From: a virus | Lineage: Duplodnaviria > Caudoviricetes | Virus record (IMG/VR): IMGVR_UViG_3300016649_000229 | Coordinates: 1 to 36,170 of that record | DNA: 36,170 bases | Reading direction: 5' to 3' (one strand) | Part shown: in pieces, positions 1-9,562 of the stretch | Numbering within the stretch: position 1 is the first letter of the stretch | Layout of the letters: each line of letters starts with the position of its first letter | The notes under the pieces: generated by a model | Told to the model about the DNA's origin: nothing | Databases searched by the model: none | Seen by the model: only the letters and a program-made list of their open reading frames with translations | Translations under genes and position numbers: made by a program

Positions 1-250
1 AGTTATTTGGCGATGGTACAGGGATTATGAGTTCTGTAGCAAGTATCAATGGCCAAGTTATTACATTAGCTAATGCTTTTGATATCAACAGATTTGGCGT
101 CGGCATGACTTTGCAATTCTGTGCTACTGCAACTGCTGGAACTCCAAGTAACACTGTAGTTGTTACTGCAATGAACAGAACAGCAAATCAAATGACAGTA
201 TCAGGCTCTTTGACTGGTGTGTCTCCTAACTGGTTTGTATTCAGAATCGG
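1..250 (+). repeat. Terminal direct repeat, copy 1 (circular overlap)
   Basis: 1-250 (agttatttgg...tcagaatcgg) is identical to 35921-36170 and lies inside the capsid ORF. Confidence 0.97.
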
Positions 251-818
251 CGACTATGGTTTAACTTTAACTGGCTTAAAGGGCTGGTTGCCTATAGTTG
301 CTCCAACTAGTTCAGATAGTTTCTTTACTCAAAATCGTTCTATTGACGTTGAACGCTTGGCAGGAAATAGACTACAAGCTATAGGTGCAAACGTCCAAGA
401 GGCTTTAATCGAACTTTGTGCATTGATTGGTATTCAAGGTGGAAACCCTGACCACATCATCATGCACCCAAAGAAAGTAGCAGAGTTACAAAAAGCTTTG
501 GGACAACAAGTTAGATATGAATCTGTAGAAATTGAAAACGGTGAAATACCGATAAGTATCAAAGGCTTCATGTTACCACACGAGTACGGTGAAGCTATGG
601 TTATTGCTGACCGTAAATGCGACTTGAACCTAGCTTATGCTTTACAAATGGATACTTGGAAACTTTATTCCATGGATAAAATTGGTCACTTAGTTGACGA
701 TGATGGCCTTGGTGTTCTACGTACTCCAAACTCAGACGCAATTGAAGCTCGTATTCGTTCTTATTTGCAATTAGGTTGCAAGGCTCCTGGGTACAATGGG
801 GTGGTACAACTAGGCTAA
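3..818 (+). CDS. Major capsid protein, C-terminal part
   Basis: Continues the 35539 ORF; capsid-like segments (PDHIIMHP, C-terminal YLQLGCKAPGYNGVV); followed by a strong terminator. Confidence 0.88.
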   Translation, partial: LFGDGTGIMSSVASINGQVITLANAFDINRFGVGMTLQFCATATAGTPSNTVVVTAMNRTANQMTVSGSLTGVSPNWFVFRIGDYGLTLTGLKGWLPIVAPTSSDSFFTQNRSIDVERLAGNRLQAIGANVQEALIELCALIGIQGGNPDHIIMHPKKVAELQKALGQQVRYESVEIENGEIPISIKGFMLPHEYGEAMVIADRKCDLNLAYALQMDTWKLYSMDKIGHLVDDDGLGVLRTPNSDAIEARIRSYLQLGCKAPGYNGVVQLG

Positions 819-845
819 TTTGTTGATTAGCTATATAATCAATGT

Positions 846-875
846 AGCCAAGTACTAAGTTACTTGGCTTTTTTT
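846..875 (+). terminator. Intrinsic terminator after capsid gene
   Basis: agccaagta-ctaagt-tacttggct perfect 9-bp stem followed by a T run. Confidence 0.88.
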
Positions 876-887
876 CTAGGAGGAACA

Positions 888-1340
888 ATGTTACAGAGCA
901 ACCTATATCACCTATACGGTAGCCATGAAAATGGATTAATGGAATTTTACGGGTATGTGAATGCTGATGGGTCAGTTAATGAAGGGTGCACGGGTCTTAC
1001 AATTACTAATGTTAGTGCTGGGACTTATTCCATTGTAGTAAATGATTTTTTACCTATTACTACTACCGAGTTAAACGATTCAAACATGGCACCTAATGCA
1101 AATGGGACTGGTGTGACTAAGACAGTAGCCACTTTCGTATCCCCTATTAGCCTTACTTTAGGCACTAGTAATCCCATAAACAAAGCTAGTTTTAGTGAGG
1201 GTTCTATAAATGCTAATGGTAATTTAGTATTTTCAGTATTAACTTCTCAAGCACCTTCCGCAGGCGGAGCTTCTGCATTACTGAACCTACCTTTTTGTTT
1301 TAGAATAGTTTTATCAACTGTTAAAGAAGTGAGGATGTAA
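888..1340 (+). CDS. Putative virion (decoration or fibre-like) protein
   Basis: ATG 888 after aggagg; beta-rich, AGTYSI motif; follows capsid gene. Confidence 0.55.
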   Translation: MLQSNLYHLYGSHENGLMEFYGYVNADGSVNEGCTGLTITNVSAGTYSIVVNDFLPITTTELNDSNMAPNANGTGVTKTVATFVSPISLTLGTSNPINKASFSEGSINANGNLVFSVLTSQAPSAGGASALLNLPFCFRIVLSTVKEVRM

Positions 1341-1342
1341 CA

Positions 1343-1801
1343 ATGGCTTCAATTGCTTCTCATGTTTTATTTAAATCGTATAATGGGTTACAAACTCAAA
1401 CTGTAATGTTAGAAGCTTCTTATGACCCAAATGGTGGGTGCAAGGGAGGACTTAGATACGTAAGAATATCACCTAATAATCCCGTAGGTGGTGGTACTGC
1501 TACGGGCGTATATTACGTTAGTTTAAAGAACATTAATTCAGTTAAATACAATGTTACTGATATGAACGACGGTAATTTGTCCTTTGATATGAAAAGAGTT
1601 AATTACATTAATGCAGAAATTGTTAGTAATAACCCTGCTACTTTAGGTAATAGTTCAATTAGTACGGCAGTTAGATTCGATTCTGTTAATAATGTGTACT
1701 TAGTATATGTTTATGACGTTACTGGGTTAATAAATGTACCAGCTAATTGTAGACTAACTGTTAGCTTAACTTATACAAAATACTTAACTGGAGGGATATA
1801 G
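1343..1801 (+). CDS. Putative virion protein
   Basis: Tightly packed ORF with gagga RBS; TGVYYV motif similar to neighbours. Confidence 0.55.
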   Translation: MASIASHVLFKSYNGLQTQTVMLEASYDPNGGCKGGLRYVRISPNNPVGGGTATGVYYVSLKNINSVKYNVTDMNDGNLSFDMKRVNYINAEIVSNNPATLGNSSISTAVRFDSVNNVYLVYVYDVTGLINVPANCRLTVSLTYTKYLTGGI

Positions 1802-1802
1802 T

Positions 1803-2216
1803 ATGTTAGGGGGATTATTAGAGGGTCAGTTAAGGAAATGCTATCAATCTAGAACTGGAAAGATTCAATTTTACGTGGATTTTAGTTCTGGAAATCCAGT
1901 TGTAAATCATCCAGATATCAGTATAAGGAATAAAGGAGACGGGGTGTACATAGCTGAGATAGTAAAACCTTATAACAATTGTTTACATATTAATTCACAA
2001 CTAGTTGTGTCTTCAGTCCCTACTGTATTTGCTACCATTCAAACTACGTTCCCTTCCGTAGGGGTTAATACATTGTTTAATGGTCTCGGTAATGCTAACT
2101 CAATGAGATTTACTTTTGTTTACCAGAACTTGGTAACTGGTGCTGTATCATTAGCTCCAAATAACGTAGGAATATACTTTGAATTAATTGTTCAAAATTC
2201 AACATTTGGGTATTAA
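1803..2216 (+). CDS. Putative virion protein
   Basis: ggagg RBS; DGVYIA motif similar to neighbours. Confidence 0.55.
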   Translation: MLGGLLEGQLRKCYQSRTGKIQFYVDFSSGNPVVNHPDISIRNKGDGVYIAEIVKPYNNCLHINSQLVVSSVPTVFATIQTTFPSVGVNTLFNGLGNANSMRFTFVYQNLVTGAVSLAPNNVGIYFELIVQNSTFGY

Positions 2217-2219
2217 AAT

Positions 2220-2912
2220 ATGAGAACTGTGACACTACAACAAATTATGGACTCAGCTAGACAGTATGCAGATATGCAAAATTCCAATTTTATCCAAGAT
2301 TCTGAGCTAATAAAGTACATTAATAATGCTGCTTTGAAGTACTGGAATCTTATAAACGAACTAGAACAAGATTACAATTACAAAGAATATATATTTACTT
2401 TGCAAAATTCGACTACAGACTACCCTTTACCTGCAGATTTTCTTTATTTACGAGGTGTAGACATAAATTTGAATGGAATATCTACTAATCCAGCTACAGA
2501 TAATTGGAGTTCCATTGATAGATTCATGCTTTCTGAGAGAAATACCTACAGAGGTTATGGAATAGTTCGATACACGGGCAGAAATTTCTTGAAATACGAT
2601 ATCATTGGTCAACAAATTCGTTTTATCCCTATTCCTACTGGAAGTCAGAGTTGCAGACTAATTTATACCCCAGTTGTCCCTGATTTAGTAGCTACCACTG
2701 ACACTATAGATGGTATAAATGGCTTTGAGGACTACATCGCAATGAAAGCGGCTGAAAGAATGCTAGCTAAAGAGGAGTCCGATACTACTTGGATAGAAAA
2801 TGAGATAATGGAATTTGAAGCTAAGTTAAAACGTGACACAGACAGAAGGAACAGGGACAGAGGTGACAGGGTTTCGGATATTAATACACTTAATGAGTGG
2901 TATCAGTGGTAA
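2220..2912 (+). CDS. Head-tail adaptor / tail tubular protein A-like
   Basis: N-terminal helices (ELIKYINNA), 'DYPLPADF' and 'IRFIPIP' segments typical of podovirus adaptors; synteny. Confidence 0.7.
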   Translation: MRTVTLQQIMDSARQYADMQNSNFIQDSELIKYINNAALKYWNLINELEQDYNYKEYIFTLQNSTTDYPLPADFLYLRGVDINLNGISTNPATDNWSSIDRFMLSERNTYRGYGIVRYTGRNFLKYDIIGQQIRFIPIPTGSQSCRLIYTPVVPDLVATTDTIDGINGFEDYIAMKAAERMLAKEESDTTWIENEIMEFEAKLKRDTDRRNRDRGDRVSDINTLNEWYQW

Positions 2913-2931
2913 CCCTTAGGAGATATTTAAA

Positions 2932-3513
2932 ATGGCTATGTTATTTAATAGTAATGTGTCTAGTCCTAGTGGTATTTCACAAAATACTAGGTACCTTTCT
3001 CAGGACTTATCTGTAAACTTAGCACAAAATGAATTAAGTAAATCTTTATTAGCTATAAATAGTTCTATTGAAAACCTATCTAACAATGTGTGTTGCGTAC
3101 AATTTAATAATAGTGGTATCTCTGTAAATGTTCCAGATGGTAAAATAGTTCTTAATTCTGTTCTTAGAGATTATTACTCATTGTACAGTATAGATAAGGG
3201 GACTTTTACAGCCCCTAAAGACACATTGCTAAATTTCACTGTATCAATGGTAGCTGGTAATTTATCCGTAGGTTCTCCTTTATCTTTATACATATTAAAA
3301 AATTCTAATTTTAATACCCCCGATTTAACTAATCAGCTATCCGATCCATTAATTTCTAGCTTGATTTATTATAACTCATCGTCCACTCCTACTTGTTTCA
3401 TTAGTGCAAATTGGTATGTATTATGTAAGAAGGGGGATGTTTTCATTTTCTATAAAACTGGAAGCTCCTTTAATGTTCAATATAATAATGCTCAAATAAC
3501 AATGAAATGGTAG
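2932..3513 (+). CDS. Virion protein with C1q/TNF-like beta domain
   Basis: Coiled N-terminus, then 'KIVLNSV...YSIDKGTFTAP..LNFTVS...LCKKGDVF', a C1q-like pattern. Confidence 0.5.
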   Translation: MAMLFNSNVSSPSGISQNTRYLSQDLSVNLAQNELSKSLLAINSSIENLSNNVCCVQFNNSGISVNVPDGKIVLNSVLRDYYSLYSIDKGTFTAPKDTLLNFTVSMVAGNLSVGSPLSLYILKNSNFNTPDLTNQLSDPLISSLIYYNSSSTPTCFISANWYVLCKKGDVFIFYKTGSSFNVQYNNAQITMKW

Positions 3514-3523
3514 GGGGGGTTAA

Positions 3524-6500
3524 ATGGCTGGGTTAGAGAAATCGATAATCGATGTATCATTAGCAGGCGGTATTGACACTAAGACAAACCAAAAATTGGT
3601 TCAAGGTAAACTACTAGAACTCGTAAACGCTGAAATGGAAAACGGAATTATATCTAAGTCATCTGGTTACTCAACATTAGCACAATCGGACACTTCAAAC
3701 ATACCTACTTCTTACTTTCAATCTATTACAACTTCCTATCAAGGTCAACTGCAATTAATAGCAAATAACAGTGTATATTCGTACGCATCAAATACTGATA
3801 AATTGACTAAAACTGGGGAACTAAATGCCGTAGATAGAAATGATTTAGTTTTGTCCTCTAATATACGATATGAAATAAATGACAGCGTTCAGGCTTGGAA
3901 CTCTAGGATTGATAATACTTTGTGTTCTGGGGAATATGGTACTAACTTGGTAGTTGCTTATACAGAGTCCCCTTCTAATGGTAATAACAATATTGTTTTA
4001 TATGGTAATGGAAAATATAATAATATAAGAGTTGTAGATAAAACCGATAATTCAGTAATCAACTCATTTTCTTTCAATCCTTCATATAACACAGTAATAG
4101 AAGAGGTAATATGTTCCCCTTTTAACTTCTGTATATTGACTACTGAAATGAGTAGTCCGTCCATAGTACTTAATGATATATCCAGAAAATTATATTTATT
4201 TCGATACACAGAGACGGCCCCTTTTTATAATAGAACTTTGTTTACCATTTCAAATAAAGACCCTGCAGGTCTCTATGGGACAAATATAAGAGGGGACAAT
4301 CCTGTAAATTATAAAAGACCTGGTTTCTATTTTCATACTATCAGAGGGGTTTATGCAAATAATAATTATTATGTAGCTTACTTAGAACCAAAAGACGTAG
4401 ACAATAACGGTGAATGGTGGGTTCAGTTAGCTGTAATTGATTCTCAATCAGGCACGTTACTCAGTTCAGTAACAAACACATCCTCTATACTAGGGAAAGG
4501 TACAGACGGAATATATGCAGGCAATTATGGTTACAGAAGAGGTGATGCCACTTTTTCATTTAGTATAAGTCATATGATAATAAATAATCAAAGCACTATT
4601 TGTTTGAGTTTAGGTCGATTATCTTTTAAATTATATACAGGAACCAATACTTTAACACTATCTAAAAGTGTCCCTGTCCCACCTTCTTCAGCGTATAGTG
4701 ATGGCGGGACAGATATTGTCATGATGACCTACGATACAGCATATGTGGCGGATAGGAACAGTATAGCTTTACTGTGCCATGGATTCAGAGAAGACCCTAC
4801 TCCTAAACTTGGGACGTCGGCACCCGATGATAAGGAATACTTCCCATATGCCCCTAAAATATTGTTTTACAATTTAACTACAGACGCATGGGATATTAGC
4901 CAATCTCTACCGAGCCTTCCTCTGCATTCCTCTATTAACAATTGGTATCCTTATTTTGGTTATAACTCCGTTGTCTACGGAATTGCGCACATTGCAAGTG
5001 GGATAATAATGATTAATAACGTACCTTGTTTCGTATTATCCTATGCTCCCTATGTTAGTAACGCTAATGATTTCACTACCGACGACCCATTGATTACTAG
5101 GACTTCAGGGAAACAAAGAAGATGTACTTTGTTTTTAATGGATTATAAATATAATGTTATTGATAAAATAGTCGATTATGACGCTGGGTTATTGAAATAT
5201 ATTGTAAATAGTTATACTGATTTAACACAAGCTAGTTTTCCCCTAGTATTACCTAGAAATAGTAGTTCAAAACTCTCAAGTGAAATATCGTTACCTTACC
5301 TAGTAGAAAAGTATGGATATAAATTAGGAGTTACTACCTTTTCCTCTACGCCTATAGACAAATCAGTATACGAATTAAGATTAATTAAGTACAATTGGCC
5401 TAGGATAAGTCCTATATCTAATTTAACTAATAACAAAACTAGTTACATTGTTTCTAATATCATTCGTTCAGTCGATAGTAAATTATACGAATCTTCTTTT
5501 TTTGATTTTCCTCAGTTAATAGTTTCAAAAAGTGCGAACTCTGGAGGCTTAGATTTAACCAAAGTATACCAGTATTGCGCTGTATATGTATGGACTAGTC
5601 CCACGGGGGAATTTGTACGTTCCTCTCCTAGCATTATTCAATCTAGTATAGCTACAACGGGTACTGGTGAATTTAAGGTGATGATTTCGTACCCACCTTA
5701 CTTTTCTAAGAGAAAAGATGTATCTATTGAGGTATATAGGAGTAAAGGAAATGGTTCAGTATTGTATCAAATAGCTACATTAAATCAAGTGCATGCGTTT
5801 GGGGATACTAGCGACCAATCTAACTTAGACTCGTACTGGCAAAGTGTTTTGTACGATTCTATTTCGGATCATGATATAAATGGGAAAATCTTGTATACTA
5901 CTGGTAACATATTACCCGAAATGCAGTTCCCTTCAATAAGTAGGGCTGTTTCACATAATTCTAGGGTGTTTGCAATTAGTAATTTAGATAGGAACACTGT
6001 TTTATACTCCAAAGAAAAGGATGCCGACGTCGCACTAAGTACATTTGCAGGTCTTTCTTTTGTAGTGGAACCAAGAGGGGGTGGTATAGTTGACCTTGCT
6101 TCTTTGGACGATAAATTAATAGTATTCAAAAAAGACTACATTTACTTTGTACAAGGTGACGGGGCTGGGAGAACTGGAGAAGGTAGTACTTTGACAACAC
6201 CAGCTCTTGTAAACTCTCCAGTAGGTTGCTCGGAGCCTAATTCCATTGTTAGGATTCCAGAGGGTTTGCTATTTAAAAGTTCTAAAGGTATCTATTTACT
6301 AGACAGGTCTCTGGTAGTCACTTACAGAGGAGCGGACGTAGAACAATATAATTCTAATACCATAAATAGTGCAATTTCTATCCCAAGTAAAAACGTTGTC
6401 AAATTCAGCACAATTCAGGGTAATTTGATATGTTATAATTACTATTACAATACTTGGAATATCGAAGATAACTTACCCTTCTCTTCTATTAATATATATA

Positions 6501-6946
6501 ACAGCAAGTTAGTTGGTATTCTAAAAACAGGGGGGTTATATCTAAATAACCCATCAATTTTTACTAGAGGTTCTAATCAATATCAAATGAAAATAAAAAC
6601 TTCTTGGTTGAGAGTGACTGGGTTACAAGGATTTCAAAGAGTCTATACATTTAGATTTTTAGGTGATTACAAAGATACCCACGTCATGAATTGCTCAGTA
6701 GCCTATGATTACGATGATACTAGTCTGACACCTCATATTATATCTACTGTGGATACGTTTTCCCCTAGCCAGCCATACCAGTTTAAAGTATATTTCAGTA
6801 GACAGAAGTGTGAGAGCGTCCAACTTATTTTTAGTGATACCCCAAGTAATACTGGACAATCTTTCACTATAACAGGGCTAGCTTTTATAGTAGGAGTCAA
6901 GAATGGTGCAAACAAATTACCAGTTAACAAGTCATCATCTTTATAA
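3524..6946 (+). CDS. Tail nozzle / stabilisation protein (tail tubular B, P22 gp10-like) with large insertion
   Basis: N-terminal 'LAGGIDTK...NAEM..GIISK..G'; C-terminal propeller segments (RVFAI, KLIVFKK..IY, VGC.EPNSIV, FKSSKGIYLL); synteny after adaptor. Confidence 0.7.
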   Translation: MAGLEKSIIDVSLAGGIDTKTNQKLVQGKLLELVNAEMENGIISKSSGYSTLAQSDTSNIPTSYFQSITTSYQGQLQLIANNSVYSYASNTDKLTKTGELNAVDRNDLVLSSNIRYEINDSVQAWNSRIDNTLCSGEYGTNLVVAYTESPSNGNNNIVLYGNGKYNNIRVVDKTDNSVINSFSFNPSYNTVIEEVICSPFNFCILTTEMSSPSIVLNDISRKLYLFRYTETAPFYNRTLFTISNKDPAGLYGTNIRGDNPVNYKRPGFYFHTIRGVYANNNYYVAYLEPKDVDNNGEWWVQLAVIDSQSGTLLSSVTNTSSILGKGTDGIYAGNYGYRRGDATFSFSISHMIINNQSTICLSLGRLSFKLYTGTNTLTLSKSVPVPPSSAYSDGGTDIVMMTYDTAYVADRNSIALLCHGFREDPTPKLGTSAPDDKEYFPYAPKILFYNLTTDAWDISQSLPSLPLHSSINNWYPYFGYNSVVYGIAHIASGIIMINNVPCFVLSYAPYVSNANDFTTDDPLITRTSGKQRRCTLFLMDYKYNVIDKIVDYDAGLLKYIVNSYTDLTQASFPLVLPRNSSSKLSSEISLPYLVEKYGYKLGVTTFSSTPIDKSVYELRLIKYNWPRISPISNLTNNKTSYIVSNIIRSVDSKLYESSFFDFPQLIVSKSANSGGLDLTKVYQYCAVYVWTSPTGEFVRSSPSIIQSSIATTGTGEFKVMISYPPYFSKRKDVSIEVYRSKGNGSVLYQIATLNQVHAFGDTSDQSNLDSYWQSVLYDSISDHDINGKILYTTGNILPEMQFPSISRAVSHNSRVFAISNLDRNTVLYSKEKDADVALSTFAGLSFVVEPRGGGIVDLASLDDKLIVFKKDYIYFVQGDGAGRTGEGSTLTTPALVNSPVGCSEPNSIVRIPEGLLFKSSKGIYLLDRSLVVTYRGADVEQYNSNTINSAISIPSKNVVKFSTIQGNLICYNYYYNTWNIEDNLPFSSINIYNSKLVGILKTGGLYLNNPSIFTRGSNQYQMKIKTSWLRVTGLQGFQRVYTFRFLGDYKDTHVMNCSVAYDYDDTSLTPHIISTVDTFSPSQPYQFKVYFSRQKCESVQLIFSDTPSNTGQSFTITGLAFIVGVKNGANKLPVNKSSSL

Positions 6947-7259
6947 GTCATGGTTTAAAGAATACCAAGGTTGCGAAGTTCTTGAAAAGGACTTTGGTTT
7001 CATGACTTATTCTTTTATAAATGATGCTTGTATTATTCATGATATGTTTGTAGTCGAGGAATACCGAGGTAACAAAGGGTCGGCTAAACTAGCTGATGAA
7101 GTTGCACAAATAGCTAAGTCCCAAGGTTGTCGGCGATTAATCGGATTTGTCCATTTGGGACTAGAGACAACTGATATAAGTTTAATGTGTCAATTGAAAT
7201 ATGGGTTCAAAGTGAAGATGGCGGAAAATAATAAAATTACATTAGAAAAGGAGATATGA
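6903..7259 (+). CDS. GNAT-fold acetyltransferase-like protein (T7 gp13 position)
   Basis: 'IHDMFVVEEYRGNKG' acetyl-CoA motif A and 'KYGFK'; immediately after nozzle gene. Confidence 0.7.
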   Translation: MVQTNYQLTSHHLYKSWFKEYQGCEVLEKDFGFMTYSFINDACIIHDMFVVEEYRGNKGSAKLADEVAQIAKSQGCRRLIGFVHLGLETTDISLMCQLKYGFKVKMAENNKITLEKEI

Positions 7260-8137
7260 ACATGGGTTCCGTCAAATCAGTAGGTAGCGGTTTACAGAGC
7301 TTTTTAGGAGGGTCTTTAGGTACTAGTACAACTGGGGCTGTGAATCCTTATAAAGAGTTTACAGCACAGCAAATAAACTCTAGTAATTTGCAACAAAACA
7401 TAAATCAGCAAGCTAGTCAACAAAAGGAACAAAATATAACGGGGTTTAATAGTGCAATAAATGCCCAAAGAGGAATAAGTCCTTCTTTAGCTGCATACCT
7501 TCAAGGTAATAATCTATCCCAAGCTAACACTATGGCTAGTCAACAAGCCATGAACACTGGAGCAAATATTGATTTTCAAACTCAACTAGCAAATCAACAA
7601 GCAGTTGCTCAAGCCCATCAAATGAATCAAAGTGGATATCTGGGGGCACAAGGATTACAACAAGGTTATAACGAAGGTGCTGCTAACAGGGCACAAGCCA
7701 CTATGGGTGGGATATTACAAGGTGGTGGTGCAGCTCTTGGGTTATTGTCAGACCAAACATTGAAAGAGCCAGTTGACGATTACCACAGTCACATTATGGG
7801 GATGACCGAAATAAAAGGTGCTATTGACCCAAGTAAATATAAAAGTGAAAGTAACAAAGAAATGGAACTCAATGAAGATGATTCCCATATTCATGATTTT
7901 TTAAATTCTTTGACTCCTAATATGTATAGATACAAAGAGGGTAGTGCTGGTGACGATGGCGGCAAGACGCATTTAGGCGTAATGGCTCAAAACCTAGAAA
8001 AAACAGAAGCAGGGCAAGGTATAGTAAATCAGACTGAGCAAGGTAAATCCTTAGATGTTGCACAATTGGCTGGTTCTTTAGCAGCTGGTCTGGGTGCAGT
8101 ACATCGTAGATTACTAAAACTTGAAGGAGTAGAGTAA
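7256..8137 (+). CDS. Gln/Ala-rich virion (pilot/ejection-like) protein with C-terminal peptidase S74 intramolecular chaperone domain
   Basis: 'LSDQTLKE' cleavage motif, 'LTPNMYRYK', 'GVMAQNLEK', terminal coiled coil. Confidence 0.7.
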   Translation: MNMGSVKSVGSGLQSFLGGSLGTSTTGAVNPYKEFTAQQINSSNLQQNINQQASQQKEQNITGFNSAINAQRGISPSLAAYLQGNNLSQANTMASQQAMNTGANIDFQTQLANQQAVAQAHQMNQSGYLGAQGLQQGYNEGAANRAQATMGGILQGGGAALGLLSDQTLKEPVDDYHSHIMGMTEIKGAIDPSKYKSESNKEMELNEDDSHIHDFLNSLTPNMYRYKEGSAGDDGGKTHLGVMAQNLEKTEAGQGIVNQTEQGKSLDVAQLAGSLAAGLGAVHRRLLKLEGVE

Positions 8138-8138
8138 A

Positions 8139-9548
8139 ATGGATGACAAAGTTTTATTAAATACTATAAAAAATCCTTATGCTGGGTTATTCTCTTGGGA
8201 TAATACAGAAAGTCCCAGTACAGTTGCACCTATAAACAACATGGCGGCTAATAATTCAGTAAGCTCTGCACCTACACCATCTACAGGTTATATAGCACCG
8301 AGTGGTATGCCAGTTCAAACCCAACAACAAAGCCAAGTACCTAGTCAGCAACAGCCAATGGTACAAAGTAACCAACAACAACCTACTACGCAAAAAGGTA
8401 TTAATAACATAATTAATCCTAACCCCATGGTACAACCAGCTCAATTAGGTGGCTTGAATCCATATGCAGGTGTAGGATATGGGAATATTAACCCAGCTGG
8501 TTTTCAAAGAGAGCAAGCGGCTTTAAGTGCACAAGGTGCTATATTAGAAAAGGGTCAAAAACAACTAGGTCAGCAAGTAGCAGAAAATGCTGGAAAGCAA
8601 GCTACTGCAATGCAAGGGTTACAAAAACAAAGCACCCAAGCAATGACTAATTATAATAAAGAATCTGAAGAATATGATAAACAAATAAAAGCAGTGCAAA
8701 CTAAATTTCCTAGCTTATCTAGGGAACAAGTATTAGATACCTATAGTACAGGTCAAAAGGCTGTCATGGGTCTTGGAGTCCTTCTTAGTGGTATAGGTGC
8801 AGGGATGACCCATAGTGGTGGCAATGCGGCCTTGGACGTTATTAATAGAAACATAGATTCTGTAATAGCTTCTAATAGTAAAAACTTCCAACAAACTATG
8901 GAAATTTTGAACAGTAAAAGAGCTAAATCAGCGCAAGATTTTGAGTTTGCAAGGCAGCAATTACAAGACTCTACTACTTTGCAAAATAATATCTTTAATG
9001 CAATGCAATCTAAAATAGAAGCTCAATACAAGGCTACTACCGCACCAGCGGCTAGGTTGCAATTAGAAGCTGCTAGTGCGCAAGTGGCTCAAAGAATGGC
9101 AGCCGCTAATCAACAAACCGCTGTTCAAAACCTACAATTACAATTACAAGGTAGACAATGGCAAGCGCAAATGGCCATGAATCCTAGATCTGTAACAATA
9201 GGAACAGACGCACAAGGTAGACCAATTCAAGCAGTAAGTGCTAGTGACAAATCGGCTGAAGTATTAAGGGAGCAGATTCCTCAAATGGATCAGAAGATTG
9301 GAGCTGTCAAAGACCTAATTAATTACATTTCAACTGCACCAAAAACTCAAGGTAGGAATGAAACTTTTATAGGTAAAAACTTAGAGGGTATGAAACAAAA
9401 TATTGCTAAGTTATATGGATTAGACCCTAAAGAAATGCCAGATATTACTCAAACAGTTGGAAGAGACGCTACAGATTTCTATAATCAATTGTTGACTCAA
9501 GCTACTCAACAGAAGCAAAATATCATCAATACTCATACATTGCACTAA
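8139..9548 (+). CDS. Internal virion / ejection protein
   Basis: Gln-rich helical protein with one hydrophobic Gly-rich segment; podovirus synteny. Confidence 0.55.
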   Translation: MDDKVLLNTIKNPYAGLFSWDNTESPSTVAPINNMAANNSVSSAPTPSTGYIAPSGMPVQTQQQSQVPSQQQPMVQSNQQQPTTQKGINNIINPNPMVQPAQLGGLNPYAGVGYGNINPAGFQREQAALSAQGAILEKGQKQLGQQVAENAGKQATAMQGLQKQSTQAMTNYNKESEEYDKQIKAVQTKFPSLSREQVLDTYSTGQKAVMGLGVLLSGIGAGMTHSGGNAALDVINRNIDSVIASNSKNFQQTMEILNSKRAKSAQDFEFARQQLQDSTTLQNNIFNAMQSKIEAQYKATTAPAARLQLEAASAQVAQRMAAANQQTAVQNLQLQLQGRQWQAQMAMNPRSVTIGTDAQGRPIQAVSASDKSAEVLREQIPQMDQKIGAVKDLINYISTAPKTQGRNETFIGKNLEGMKQNIAKLYGLDPKEMPDITQTVGRDATDFYNQLLTQATQQKQNIINTHTLH

Positions 9549-9562
9549 AAGGAGAGTGTTTG

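Noticed and set aside
1-250. 250-bp end repeat as biological terminal repeat
   Set aside because: Round length and mid-capsid position indicate an assembly or windowing overlap, not physical termini.
8300-8400. CAA-rich Gln tract as tandem repeat locus
   Set aside because: Ordinary low-complexity coding sequence with no regular unit.
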